Shown here in pieces: positions 1-13,643 of a stretch of DNA of 64,000 nucleotides. Under the pieces are notes generated by a model. That model was not told the origin of the DNA. It worked only from the letters and a program-made list of their open reading frames with translations, and searched no databases. Positions within the stretch are counted from its first letter, which is position 1; each line of letters starts with the position of its first letter. Origin of the DNA: Eledone cirrhosa (lineage: Eukaryota). Made by a program: the position numbers and the translations under genes. The stretch lies in contig OZ024740.1 of the NCBI GenBank assembly GCA_964016885.1, positions 312,356,001 to 312,420,000 of the forward strand, given 5' to 3'.

Positions 1-2322
1 GTATTTGTTTTGGTTCACTCTGCTCTGAGTTGAAATCCCACTGATGTCAACTTTGTTTTTCAAAGTTGATAAAGTGCCAATCTATCCCTTTCTCTTTTTG
101 AAAGAAATTGTCTGTGTTACAACCTGGAGATGGATGGGCTCTGCCAGATTTAAAAATGCCCAAGACATGCCATGCATCATAGAGGCATCCCTACAACTCC
201 ACCAGGAGTTAAGGGGCCTTTGTCTGAGGGAGGAACTTACTAGCTTGGATTACACTGTTTTTCCGTTATTTGTTAAGAATTCTGCATGACATTCTCAATT
301 TCCTTCATAATTACATGCAGTGTGTAAAAAAGTGTTTTTTGCTGCTTAATATGAGAGATTTTTGGAATCTGGTGTTAGGCCTTGAATTATAACTTCTCTT
401 TACTAAGAGTTGTTGAAGACATTTCTAGAATTTTCTCAACTAGTTCTTGCAAATTGTTTTTAAATGTTAATGTGTGTGTGTGCGTGTGTGTACAACCCTC
501 AATTTATCATTAAGCAAAATAAGCACATACTTAGGACTTTCAATGAAAGAGAGCTCCAATACAGTATATTAGAATTTGTCCCTTGTACAGTATATGGGGG
601 TGCTATAATCTTTTCAGTGTTTAGGGTCTTAATCCAACCCTCTGTATGTGTATGTGTGTTAGCTTATACTGAAACAGAAAAATAATGTTATTGTATGTTT
701 TATCCACAGCTATACACTAATAAATTTGTTTGTCGTTTGAATGTTTTATAAACACTTTAACATGCAGTACAATAACTGATGAACTCGGATGGAATAAATA
801 TGGCAATTACAGAGATTAGCTTGACTTTTCATCTGGATACATGCTGTCAGAGCTAATTTCTACTTTTATGTTAAGCTGGTCAGTATATTCTATTTGTGAT
901 GCATAGACTTAAAAGCTTTGGAGCAAGCTTATTTCCTTGCTTGGGTTGCTTGCTAAAACGATACATTAAAAAATTCTATGTAAGTATGTATGTACATGGA
1001 ATTGGGGTTGGAATATCTTATTCTAATGTACTAAATGTCATTAATTTATTTATCTTTCATTGTATTTTTTCTTTTGCTTCTAAAACTTATTGTATAATAT
1101 ATTTACAGTCTATACTATTGCAATACCAACAGCTACATACACACACAAGATATCTATCGATGCTTATAGATATTTTTTATTTGGTTCTGACTTGTATTAA
1201 TAGCCATAATGTTTTTCTTTTTCATATTTGCAACTAAAATTCTTTGAAAAATATAAATGAAAATGGATGTATAAAATGCAAGCTTATTAATAACATATTG
1301 TGCTTAAACTAAAATATTTCTCACAAAACAAAAGTATTTAAGAATGAATTGTTTTGAAATGTAAACCTTTAAATTTTGTTAATTCTCCTGGAAGAGCTAG
1401 ATATATTGAAATAAAAACATATGCAAATTTCCTCATCCACTAAACAGTTGTTGTCGGACCTCTGTTGGCTCCGATGATGAGTGTTCCCGTTATTGGATTA
1501 GCAGAACAGCCTGCTTGTGAAATGAACATACAAGTGTCCAATCCTTCTAAAGATGTGTGTACACTGACTTTAATGTAGTAAGATTTAGCATGATAGTGTG
1601 TAACAAGACTCCCTTTCAATTACAGGTGCAGTTTATTTTTCCCAGCTGAGTGGATTGGAACAATGTGAAATAAAGTATCTTGCTAAAGAACACAATGTAC
1701 TACTAGGAATCAAACTCACAACCTTATGATTGTGAGCCAAACACCCTAACCACTAAGACATACACCTTCACTATTATATAGTACAAACAGTTAAAATGGT
1801 ACAGTGATAATCAGAGCAGTTCTCCAGCATGTCCTTAGCTGAGAGTTCATGAATATTAGAATATGCTTAAATGATAAGAGAAAGGTATTTCATTATCAAT
1901 TTACAATAAGTTAATTGTTTTTGTCATATGATAGTTAAACATTCTAGAAAAAAAAGAGGCAATATCAAATAAAATAACCACAAATCACTTTTTTCATCTC
2001 TTATTTACAGTCTGTGTTCAAGAATTATTCTCATAGAAGAAAGATTTAACTGATACTAAATAAGTAGGTTTATGGATGTTAGTGTATTATGGATGTTAGT
2101 GTTTCCCTCTGTTAGTTACTATGGAGCAAGGGATAGGTTTTTGTTGGATAGATACAGATGCTGTAACTTTGTCTCAATCTTCAGTTGATGGTTTTTCTGC
2201 TGTGATTCTGATACATCATTCTTATTTAAGAAAATATTAATATTTTCTGTTGGATTTGTTTGAATGGGCAATAGAAGTGAACAATAGAATTTTGTAAAAG
2301 ATTAGATATTTTGAACCTTACA

Positions 2323-2509
2323 TTAACCCTTTTGATACCAACCCACCAAAAACTGCCTCTAGTTCTATGAAACAAAACAACCCATTTTAAAGAGTTCCTA
2401 TTTAAATTGAAATCTTTCAACATAATTTGACAGTAAATCCCTCCAAATTCTTCATTAATTAATCCAAATATAGTGTATTCCATTGTAAATATGGTATTGA
2501 AAGGGTTAA
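2323..2509. mobile_element. TTAA-targeting MITE, different subfamily
   Basis: TTAA-CCCTTTTGATACCA ... TGGTATTGAAAGGG-TTAA. Confidence 0.75.
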
Positions 2510-3364
2510 TGGAATGTTATTTAAAATTGTATTGAAATGAATAGATATGTGATGATTATTAGAAAGCATAATCTGAGTTAGATGTAGTTAGAAGAGATAA
2601 CTAAATTAAGAGCTAACAGTTTTCTTGACATGCCAATTAAGTCAAGATATTTACTAATGCTTCTATTCCACTTTGGTCTGAAATGTGATTTTTTGACATT
2701 ATTCATTTAATTTTAAGGAAATATGTTTGAAGGTAACTAATTAAAACATAAATATAATGCTTTAGTCATTGACTGTGTGGAGGCATATCAGATCTGCACA
2801 TTATGTGAAATAAGATTGTAAATTTCTTATTGTTATCAAGTGCTGAACATTATCACATTATTAGAATCCTATTGTAATGAGCCTGTGATTTGAAAGGTGT
2901 GGTAAGTTGATATGCTTGGATATATACAGAAATTTAAGGTGTACTAATTGTCTGTGATCTATTTTCAATCCACATATGTTGAGATTTGAATGGCATGATT
3001 TTGTTTTCTTTATAAATCTGAGACCTTATAACAGTATAAAAACAATATCTTCTAAATAATAAGCTATTCTAAAATACATGTTGTTCGATTATTTTCTTTA
3101 TTTTGCCTCTTTGATTCTTTTGCCCTTTCTCCTACTTTCTACCATATGAACACAGGTATGACTGAGTGGTCATGAAGTTTGCTTCACAATTGTGAAGTTC
3201 CTGGTTTGAACCCATTATGTGGCATCCTGGACAAGTCTTTTACTATAGTCATGGGTTAACCCAAGCTTTGTGAGGGAAATTGGTTGAATGGAACTGTGAT
3301 AGCTCATTACATGGATTGTACTTATAATTCACATATATCACAGTAATTCTGTCTTAGAAGTACA

Positions 3365-3561
3365 TTAACCCTTTAACATTTAAACCTGCCATATCCGGCC
3401 AAAGTTCTCACACCTCTTTCTGTTCAAAATGGCCATAACTGGCTGCTCAAACTGACATTAAAGTATTGTTCTCAAAATAAATATCAAAACCTCGTAGATT
3501 CAAGCCTTTACTGTGAAAATACAATGGTAAATATAGAGTAATATAAATGCTAAAGGGTTAA
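3365..3561. mobile_element. TTAA-targeting (piggyBac-type) MITE
   Basis: TTAA-CCCTTTAACATTTA ... TAAATGCTAAAGGG-TTAA. Opposite orientation to the copies at 7095 and 38479. Confidence 0.85.
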
Positions 3562-5440
3562 TGATACACATGTCTGTGAAATACTTAGCCACATTTAATG
3601 AGTAGGTAGTTTTGTTGGTTGCTCATTGTTGAAACTGGCAGAGGCCATTCACATTTGGCCGAGACAGTTGAATGTTTGTCTGGATGATTTACACTATTTA
3701 GTTTGGTATCTCATTGCTCTGAATTCAAGCTCCACCAGCCATTAGAAGTTGTCTTTACTGTTCATCCATCCAGAAAGATAAAATAAGGAACAGATAAAAT
3801 AATCAGCTATATTTCCATCTACACAAATTACTTTCTGCTTAATTAAAAGGAATCAATATCTTGTTATGGAATACCATATGCATCTCACAGCTGCATATAG
3901 AACATTACATCTGTAATCGATTTTAGTGAAGTAGATGGTTTGTCATTTTGGCTGAATATATTGGCTGAATATATTGGCTTTACTCCATCTTTGCTGTACC
4001 ACTGCCATATGGCATTCTATACTTTGAAGCTTACAAAGTATTGTTAACAAATAAATCAAAGGATATGAACTTTCTAACTCAGCATCAACAACTTTGTTGC
4101 TCTGTTTATACCAGTGGCATTTAGATTAAAAAAACATACAACAAACAAAAACATCCTTTACAACAGTATTTTCCTGAACTAGTTTAGAGACCAACTTTAT
4201 AACTACATTTATTTTTCTGTCTATGTAATCACTTGTAATTTAAGGTCTAACAATATTGAATGAGGCAGCAGATTTTTAGTTTGACAATATTTTGAAGAAA
4301 GTTCAATGATTCTTTGATAAAATTCGATTAAGATACATTTTGTATGGAATTATAGGCCGTGTAGCATATTAATCAGAAATTGATAAGGTGTATGAGAGGT
4401 ATGCCTGCTTAGTTTATTTGGTATTATATATCAGTGGAATAATCATAGCAGAATATATTTTATTCATTAGATCTGACTGCATTAGATAGAATTCATAAGA
4501 TATGTCCTAGGTTTTAAAAAGATGACAATGTTCTGTTTAGCAGGGCTACATTCCTCTGGTTGGAACAAGTAAAAAGTAATAAATTAGGACTGTATAGAGC
4601 TAGAAGATGTTGAAGAAACTTTTTTAGAAGAATAGTTTTATCAAAACTTGTCACTTGAGGCCAAGTAAACAAGTGGGAGAATTGTCTATCGGAATAGTAG
4701 AAAAAAGGAAAATATTTCAGTTCTTTTCATTTTAAAGAGAAGCTGTTATGTTTAATGATTTATCTTTCTATTTAGAACTGAGAGGGAAATGAAATTAACT
4801 ATGAATATTTTAGTCTTTAGTTTTTATGGTAGAATGGAATTTGTGATAAGCTTTTTACTTCCTAGTTCACTAGTGAGAAGGGTTTCAAGCTGATAGGAGT
4901 ATTTTCTTTTCTGTCACTCCTTTTCTTACTGAAGGAATTTAGGTTTTAAGTAGAGTTCATTGGAATGAGGTAGTAAATTGAGATGAAACTGGGAGTGTGG
5001 AAAACACATTATTTCCTGTATAAGTAGGCAATGGCAAGAAGGAAAAAGGTTGGGCAAAAACAAGTCTTATAAAAATCAAAAAAAGAATAATTGGATAAAG
5101 CTTATAAACAACTTGACTCAGTTTTGACTAAATACACCTATAGCAATCATATGGTTTGATGCTGACCCATACATATTGTGGTATGCCACTGATATCAGTG
5201 AGAATATTGTCGGAGTAAGGATTAAAACTAAGACTCCTTACACTATCAAACAGAGTGTTATCTGATTCAGTTCCCACTGAGTGATTGTTCTATTTTCATG
5301 CTTAGTATATTGGGTTGACAGAGGAATTTAGGACTTTGAATTAACAAGTCCTGAAAGTTGTGGAACTTTTCTTAGTGACTTAATCTTGTGTTCACTTGGA
5401 GTATTGATAACTCTTAAAAGATCATACTACAATTTCAGTA

Positions 5441-5473
<33 letters not shown>

Positions 5474-5774
5474 TTGCTGTCATACAATGCTCAACCTGCA
5501 ACTGAAAAGGTCTGAGGTCTGGAAAAGATTGCTTAATAATTTAATCATATTATGTGTGTTACTATTTTGAAACTTATTGTTGAGAATCAGGATGAAGAGC
5601 TAGATGATTATATAATCATCTTAATGAAATGCTGATGGATCTGGATGATGGAGAATGAATTTGCTCAAACTGCTGCGGTTGCTACCACAGTTGGAAATGA
5701 TAGAATTTGATTAGTAAATTGATAATGTACAGTGATACTGTTCTCTCACAAAGTTCTCCAGACTGAAACAAATT

Positions 5775-6295
5775 TTTGTTGTTGTTTAGTTAAGTTTAGC
5801 CTTAATATTGAAAGGCATTACAGCTGCGATCATATTCTATTTATCTAGGGTTACATTATTTTAAAAAGTCCTTTCCTTTTTAAGACTCTTGAGTAAGATT
5901 TGAGGTGATTTGGCTGCTGTGTTGAGAAGGAAGTGAACATGTAGAGGCTTCCTCATTGGTTCATCTGAAACAAATTTGTTGTGTAAAGAAGGAAATATAT
6001 GTTTGAATAAATGATAGATGTAACCTTGTGTATAGTACAAGTAACATTTCTGAAATACTTTTCATATTGTTGTGTAGTTTTAGGTCAGCCCTGATCGAGT
6101 TAACCTATGATCAAAGGCATTCTGGCCAGGGTCACCCCCATATTTTTCTTTTTTCTTTTTTCAAACATCAATATATTAGATTATCAAGTGTCCTTCCTAT
6201 TTTTTTAAAAGATAATGTAGTATTGTAATATGAAGAAGATTTGGCTGCTATTTTTACCTGGTCGAAGAACCATGTACAGACTGCTTCTTTGGCTC
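5775..6295 (+). repeat. Two adjacent copies of an old ~200-bp dispersed repeat
   Basis: GTTGTT..TCAGCCCTGATCGAG..CCTATGATCAAAGGCATTC..GATTTGGCTGCTATTT. Further copies at about 15685, 34390, 39210 and 60785, and inverted at about 20520-20900. Confidence 0.7.
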
Positions 6296-7094
6296 ATTTT
6301 CATATTTGTAGATTTTGTATGTGATGTGCTAATAATCTGGCAACAAGCTAGGTTTGCAACTTTGTATCAATTTCAAATTGAAACCAGTTTCAGTCTTTAA
6401 AAAAAAACACTTGATCATTACAACTTCTCAATCCTCTACTTCTAAAAGACTGATACATCATACCTTATATATATATGTGTGAATAATCTTCTTGCAGCTA
6501 TACTCAGACCAACAAACTATTGAGCTAATATTGTCTTTCCTCACCACATAATTATTTTTAATTAAGGCATTTAATGCAACTGCATTGAATATACTAACAC
6601 TAACTATTATCTTTCATGCTGATGATGCCTCTGAGTAATTAATCACAAGTGTTTTGCTTTTGTAAACATTCAGATATATCTTTGTTTTAGTATTTGTATT
6701 CAGTGTGAAAGCCATCATCATCATTACATTTAACATCCATTTTCCTTGCTAACAAGTGTTGGATGGGTTGTCACAGACCAAGTCAGTACATAAGAAGGGC
6801 TACTGACCTCTGTGAAAGGCCTACTTAATTTATTAGCATACATGTTATGACTATTGTATCAAGTATTCATGTTGTAATGATTTCCCTTGTCACAAATAAA
6901 GGAACAAGTTGATAGTATCATTATTATTAGGATGGTGGTGAAAAGGTTGAAACAGTAAAACATAAGATAAAATGTCTGGCAGTATATAGTTATGTCCTTT
7001 ATGTTCTGAGTTCAAACCCCAAAATGGTTGATATTTTTTGCCTTTCATCCCTCCATATTTTATAAAATAAGTATCAGTTAAGTATTAGGTTCAT

Positions 7095-7299
7095 TTAACC
7101 CTTTAGCATTTACATTACTCTATATTTACTATTGTATTTTCACAGTAAATACTTTACCTCACATAATATCAAATCTATGAGATTTTGATATTATTTATTT
7201 TCAGAACAATACCTTAACATCAGTATGAGCAACTGGTTGAATAGAAAGGGGTGGGACAATTCTGGTTGGATATGGCTGGTTTAAATGCTAAAGGGTTAA
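7095..7299. mobile_element. TTAA-targeting (piggyBac-type) MITE
   Basis: TTAA-CCCTTTAGCATTTA ... TAAATGCTAAAGGG-TTAA, with a perfect 14-bp TIR. Confidence 0.9.
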
Positions 7300-8901
7300 A
7301 TTAAATACATGTTAATTCTAGAAATCATAATCAAATTAGAAACAAATGGCACAATTGTTAGAGCTTTGGACAAAATGCCATGCTGCAATTTCTCCCACTC
7401 TTTACATTCTGTGTTCAAATCTCAATGGTGTGAACTTTGTCTTTCATTTTTCTGGTGTTGATAAAATATACTATCAGTCACGTGCTGGGGTTGATATAAT
7501 TGATTGTTTCCCTTTCTCCAAATTTCTGGCCTTGTATTTACATTAGAAACAATTATTATTTATGGCAGAATCATTAGAGTGCCAAACAAAATGGCATTTG
7601 GCATTTGTTTCAGTTCTGAGTTCAAATACTGCTGAAATCAACTTTGCTTTTTGTCCTTCAGGACTGATAAAATAAAGAACAAGTCCAGCGTGGTGGATTA
7701 GGGAAATTGTTAGAGTATCAGATGAGATTCTGTGTGGTATTTATTGTGGATCAGCATTTATAAAGTGAAGTAGCTTATAATTTGAAACAGCTTTTATTCT
7801 AAATTGTTAGAATGATAGTCAGTTTTCAGATTTTAATATGTCTGTTGCACCTTTTGGAATGGTCATTTCAAATTGCCATTTTTTGTCTATCATTTAACTT
7901 TGAAACTTAGAACTGTATATTTCTTGGACACTTTTAGTAAAGAGTGAGTATCAGATGTATATTTATTTCCCCATCAAATTTTAACAATAGTCTAGACAAC
8001 TGGAAATATATCTGATGGGTAACAATTCATTTCCATTTGATCATCTTGACAATATTTTGTTGGTTAGATTCTGTATAGTCATCATTGCTGCTATCATCAT
8101 CATTTTCACCATCATTGCTGATATCATCATCATCCCTTTTAAAGCTTATCCAGTTTTGTATCTGGTCTATCCTTAGTTGAGTTCTAAACATCTGTCATTT
8201 TATCCTGATAAAACCTCATATATGTAAGGCTGAGGATTTCACTTCAGCTCAATAGAATTCAACAGTAATAAATAGAAAATGTTATGTGAACAGTGACAGT
8301 TCAGTTATAAAATATCAAGCTATTGATTTACTAGGTTAGTTATTTCAACTGAGGTGTGCCACTTTAACTTATTATATTTTATCTGATATTAACAGAAATA
8401 ATAATAATAATTATCACCATCTTTTTATGCCTGCATATCTAGGAAATTGTATGGATCAATCAAACAATAACATGCTGGTTACTAACATATTTGCATTTCT
8501 TTATGCTCAAAGCTATTTTAACAAGCAAGTTACTAATATGCTTTAGTTTACTAAATATATTGTGTGTTAATATAACTTGGTGTCAGACTCTTGTGCAAAA
8601 TACTTGAATATTTAATCACAAATATTTTTATCCTCAGCAATGGAAAGACCATTGGAAACAGTTTCCTTGATCCAATATTACAATTAGATCCTTTCCTTTC
8701 CTTGAATTTATTAGAAGAAAGATAAAAGATGTTTTAAAAAATAAAATCTTTCTTTATTGAGAATAATTTATGAAGTGATGGTATCTTTCTTTCAGCAACT
8801 TCAGTCGTGTTTGTATTATCTTTGGTAAAATTTATAAAGGAAACATTATATTTAAGGAAATGTTGGCAATTTCTTTTAGAATTCGTACTTTATTTTGACA
8901 G

Positions 8902-8963
8902 GAAAGAACTTTCATCTACATGACCTTTGACGTTATTGCTTTCGATGTTGGCCAAGATAACAG
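8902..8963 (+). other. Candidate 62-nt 5'UTR exon of CREB containing two upstream AUGs
   Basis: Acceptor tactttattttgacag| and donor CAG|GTAAAT. A 160-nt intron separates it from the ATG-containing exon, which needs an upstream exon because it begins with an acceptor. Confidence 0.45.
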
Positions 8964-9131
8964 GTAAATTGTCACCAATACATTCAGTGTGAAATATTCT
9001 ACAAATATATATATCTATTGAGTGAAGATGCGCATGGGCTATCAGTTTGTCCCCTTTTCTCTGGATCTGTTGCATCAGTTGGGTCTAATTTTGACATGGC
9101 CTTCTGTGCTATATTTTTTCCAGAGTAGAGA

Positions 9132-9302
9132 ATGTCTGAAGTGCCAACCTCACAGACCAGTGAGATTGAAAACGGCTCGCAGGAGATATCTATTGTGCAT
9201 GTGACAATACCTAACCAACCAGTCCAAGTGCAATCTGTTATACAATCTAGCCATCAACCATCAGTGATACAGACAACTGGCCCAAATGTTCAGACTATTC
9301 AG
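9132..9302 (+). CDS. CREB1: CREB/CREM/ATF1-family bZIP factor, coding exon 1 (start, Q1 glutamine-rich region)
   Basis: Acceptor ttttttccag ends at 9123. An in-frame TAG two codons before the ATG fixes the start. Encodes MSEVPTSQTSEIENGSQEISIVHVTIPNQPVQVQSVIQSSHQPSVIQTTGPNVQTIQ, whose VQVQSVIQ..QPSVIQ matches CREB Q1. Donor CAG|GTAGGT, phase 0. Confidence 0.9.
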
Positions 9303-10313
9303 GTAGGTTGAGCCATGTTGCTGCCACTGTTGCTGTTGCCACTATTGTATCACAAATCTCTTGTAGAAACCCTTTTCTCTAATTTATTGATTCTCTTAGT
9401 TTCATCATGTTAGTTATGTCCCTTCTAATTTAGTTAACACTATATAATCTTCTTCTGTTTCTAACAGTCATAAGTTATCTCTAATGATGGCTACTTTATA
9501 AAATTCATTTGTAAATCTTGTAACATCTGTCAATTTAGTGAACAGAAAGCTCCAAATTCTAACTTTTCTTTAACCTTAGTAAATGATGCAATTATAGTAT
9601 TTTGGTATCTGTCTAGTTTATTAGCTTGCTTTGGTTTCATTTCCTCTCTTTCTTTTCTCATTTTGCAGGCTTTTTTTTTAGAAATAGTAAAAAAACCTAT
9701 TTGAACTAAATATAAAAAATAAATTCTCTGTATTGAGTTATATCCACTTCCTATTTGGATACTGTATCCTATAAAGCAGCATTGTTTTAATAATACATTT
9801 ATTCCGGCTCAGATGAAAGATCAATTAAGTATTAACTTTCACTGGAAGACTGCAATATGGGAGTCTGCATTTTCTTTCTTTACTTTCTATACTTATTTCT
9901 TTTATAATTTCTTATTATTTTCTTTAAAATATCTAAAGTGGTAACTAAACTTCTTCATTTCATTAACATCTTTTTTCAATAATCTACTTAGTTTAGTTTA
10001 GGAAGGTTTTTCCAAATTCTATTATATCTTCCTATTCTTTCCTCTCACATCTGCATGACTTCTTCCTGAATAGTTTATAACAATTAACTGGTAGTATTAT
10101 ATTTGGTTAATGACTTTCACATTTAACGCTTTACTTTGAACTTTGATTTCAATAATTTGGTCAATTTATAGCTGGTGAAAGCTCAGTGTTAAACAAAGAT
10201 AAGTGCTAAAAAATTAACAACAAAATATGTCCTTAAGACACTAAACATTTCCACATCTGTTTTTACCATTGGTAAGTATTCACCTAATTTGACCTCTTTA
10301 AACATTCTTGCAG

Positions 10314-10396
10314 GTAGCTGCAGTAAATGATGATATGACAGATGGTGCTGAAGGAAGAAAGAGGAGAGAGATATTAGCTAGAAGACCTTCATATCG
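10314..10396 (+). CDS. CREB1: CREB coding exon 2 (KID N-half with PKA site RRPSY)
   Basis: Acceptor ttcttgcag|. Encodes VAAVNDDMTDGAEGRKRREILARRPSY(R). The Ser133-equivalent codon TCA is at 10389-10391. Donor CG|GTATTT, phase 2. Confidence 0.95.
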
Positions 10397-11494
10397 GTAT
10401 TTATCTTAATTTCTGTACCAGAAAACCTGATTTGTCATTTTTACTCATGCTTTCTCTTAATCTGTCTTTGGTTGCCATGTCTCAATTTTATCCCACTGGT
10501 TATTCCTGTCGCATATCCAATGTGAAGTGGCCAAATCTTGTCCATGCTTGATAGCCTTCTGAATTAAGGGAATCTTGTAGAATATTTTACACTGAAATTA
10601 TTGGTGATAACAGATAATTTGAAAGTGCTTGGCCTTATGGATTCAACCATTTGACCATAGTCTTCCAAACAGGTTTTCAAAAGTCATGTAAATTGATAGT
10701 TTCTTAACCTTTTTATTGATTGTTCAGTGTTATTATTTTTGTGTCTTTGTTTTGTAAGTTTCAGTCAGAAAGAATAATTGGAATCTTGAAAATTTGATCA
10801 TTATTTTGTAAACAAATTGATTTTGTTTTAATTTTATTATTTATTTTTATTTTGTCTTTTGATATTTTGAAAAGTTTGGAAACATTTCAAGATTGTGATC
10901 ATCAAGCTCTGATTTTCAGTGGGTATTTTTAAATATTTAGTAGCTTCACACTTAGATTTTTCTTACTCAGATAAGAAAAATCTTATGAAGTAGTCTAGCT
11001 CTGTCTGTCAAATAATTTGTTTTAGTAATGGAGGAAATATTAATGCTGAATTAAAAAAATATATTTTTTGGTTTGAAATAGCTCCTGTACAAACCTGTCA
11101 TTTATTTTATTGCTCTTAGAGGAATGAAATGTAAGGTCAATCCAAGTGGGATTTGAACTCAAAATAATGTAGAGGAATGAAACTAAATTCTGAAAGGTAT
11201 TTAATCCTCAGCTGTAATATTTCTGCTACTCAACCTATTTATTTTTAATGTATATTACTGTAGGTGATTATAATTACTGTGGCTTACTTCCTCTGAGCAG
11301 AACACTATCAAAGGATTATCAAATTGTTTTTACTTCAAAACTATTTATTAAATCAATTTGACTGAAATTACATTTAGTAATTGTTTTTTGAGTTATAATA
11401 CTATTGACATTAACTATTTTTGGAATTATGTCTTAGTATTCAGAATTTAAATATTCTATTTTTATTTACCATTAAGACATAATTTATGTAGGGA

Positions 11495-11808
11495 TCATCA
11501 TCATCATCATCATTTTACGTCCGCTTTTCCCTGCTTGCAAGGGTGGGACGGGAACTGATTCTGGCTTGATTTCTACAGCTGGATGCCCTTCCTAACACCA
11601 ACCTCATTTACAGTGAGTGGTGGGTGCTTTTTTTCTGTGGCACCTCCACGATCACTTTGCAGTGGAATGATAGCGACCCCAGTACCTATCATCTCATTTC
11701 TACAGCTGAGTAAATTGGAGCAATGGGAAATAAAGTGTCTTGCTCAAGGAAACAACACATCACCCGGTCTGAGAATTGAACTCACAACCTTTCAATTGCA
11801 AGGCCATG
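11495..11808 (-). mobile_element. CORE-type SINE, same family as 43946-44279
   Basis: Near-identical reverse complement. The 5' end is followed by (CT)n(TA)n. Other partial or older copies at about 30864-31062, 1455-1770 and 15215-15340. Confidence 0.85.
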
Positions 11809-11811
11809 TGC

Positions 11812-11862
<51 letters not shown>

Positions 11863-13509
11863 CCTCTATATATATATATATATGTGTGTGTGTGATATAA
11901 GTTACATTTCCATTTTTATTGTAGAAATATATTTCTGTAGTATGACAGGACTAAGGTCCCTACCGTTAAAACATCCAGGAGACCTCCTATGTGATGTAGC
12001 CTCATGGAAGCCAGCTAAACTTACACAAAATATCCCCGAATTGTATTCTGTTAAAAATCTTGACAAGATAATCAAGGTTCTCATTTGGTGTTGGGATTGG
12101 AACTTAATAGAAGTAATTTAATGTCTATTTTCCATGCTTGCATGAGTTAGACACTTGTGTACTTTAAAATAATTATCTTATTAGTTTTTTAATAAATTTG
12201 AACCAGACTGGTTTTGACCATAATGAAACACTGCCACAATACTGATTAATCTAATTATATATTGGATGAAAAAATTCTGTGGGCATAAGGGAAAAGAATA
12301 CTATTTTCTATTTATTTTACAAAAACATGTAGTATCAAAATTCTTGAAAACTCATCTTAATTTCTTTTTCAAATGTATTTTACACTGGAGTTCATTTTCA
12401 TTTTTTGTTGTTTTTGAATAAAATTCATTTGTATTTCAAATTGTTACATTTTTTATTTTTTCTCTCTCCATTGTTTTATAATAGGAATTGTGAAATTTTA
12501 TTTCAGTGTTTATGGAATATTTGGAACCATATTGAAATTTATAGAATCATGATTAAAATATATTTTAAATGGTTAATTTTCTGTTGAAATTTGTAACTGC
12601 AGATAATGGTACTAAAGCAACTCTTGGTTTTTGTATAAGCAATTTTGGCAATTTTTTTTTCTGGTAGCACATTGATATCAAGTATTCCTAAATCCAACAC
12701 AATTTGGGTAGTCTGACATAGAAAAATGTGTTAATCTTTTAAAATATAAATGAAAATAATTTATTATTTTATTTGACTGAGAGTAAAATAGTGTAAACAA
12801 AAATTAATGTTAAATGTCAGCTAATGACAGCTATATTCCCATTTAAAAATACATAAACTACAATATATCATAACTATAAAAGTATTTACTGAAAGATTTT
12901 GCTTGTCAAATGTTGTCATGAAAATTGTCTAGTTCTTTAAATTCTTAATGACTGTATGATGTGGCTCTGATGTGACAAATCAGAGACAGGATTCTTGAGA
13001 CAGTTTTTTTGAGTGATGTCTTAGTTGTAGATTTAAAAAGAGAAATTATGTAGCATAATACAAATTAGTGTGTGTGTATGTGTGATTGTGTGTGTGTATG
13101 TGTGATTGTGAATGACAGGGACTGAACAAGTGTGATAGGAGTTAAGAGATGTAATTATTTTTAAAAGCATTTTCTGCAGTTGCAAAAATACTTTTGAAAC
13201 TGTTCTTTTTAACAGACACAAATTTTGCATGTAAAGAATCTATAAATGTATTATCTTCCTTTTATTTCCCAATGCTCTTTATGATTAATCTTTCTCTTTA
13301 TTTCATGGCATTATGTCTTTTGATTGCAGGGTTAGTAGTATCTTACAAAAGAAGCAGCAACCAAATACAAAAAAAAAAATAAAATAAAAAAAAATCGAAT
13401 TCTATTAGTTATGTTGCCATTTTTATCTGAAATGGTTCATATAATTATGAGAAATGTATTATTATTTTTATTCTTTGCTCATATTGTTTTCTTTCGGATT
13501 CTCTTTCAG

Positions 13510-13643
13510 TAAAATTTTGAATGAATTATCGTCCGAGTGTCCACCTATCAAAATTGAGGAATCTACAAATCAAGACGGTCAGGAGACCACTGAAGCAGCT
13601 TCAAATCTCAGTACAAATTCTATACAGTACCAGCCTGCAACAG
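13510..13643 (+). CDS. CREB1: CREB coding exon 3 (KID C-half)
   Basis: Acceptor ctctttcag|T completes CGT. Encodes KILNELSSECPPIKIEESTNQDGQETTEAASNLSTNSIQYQPAT. Donor CAG|GTGAGT, phase 1. Confidence 0.95.

Noticed and set aside
709-2063. Possible further upstream 5'UTR exons (acceptors at about 709 and 2010)
   Set aside because: Splice-like words are common in AT-rich DNA and nothing independent supports them. The CREB promoter and first exon could not be located.
6610-6680. CTGATGATGCC.. possible hammerhead
   Set aside because: No paired stem II followed by GAAA and no stem I or III. At best an unrecognisable relic.
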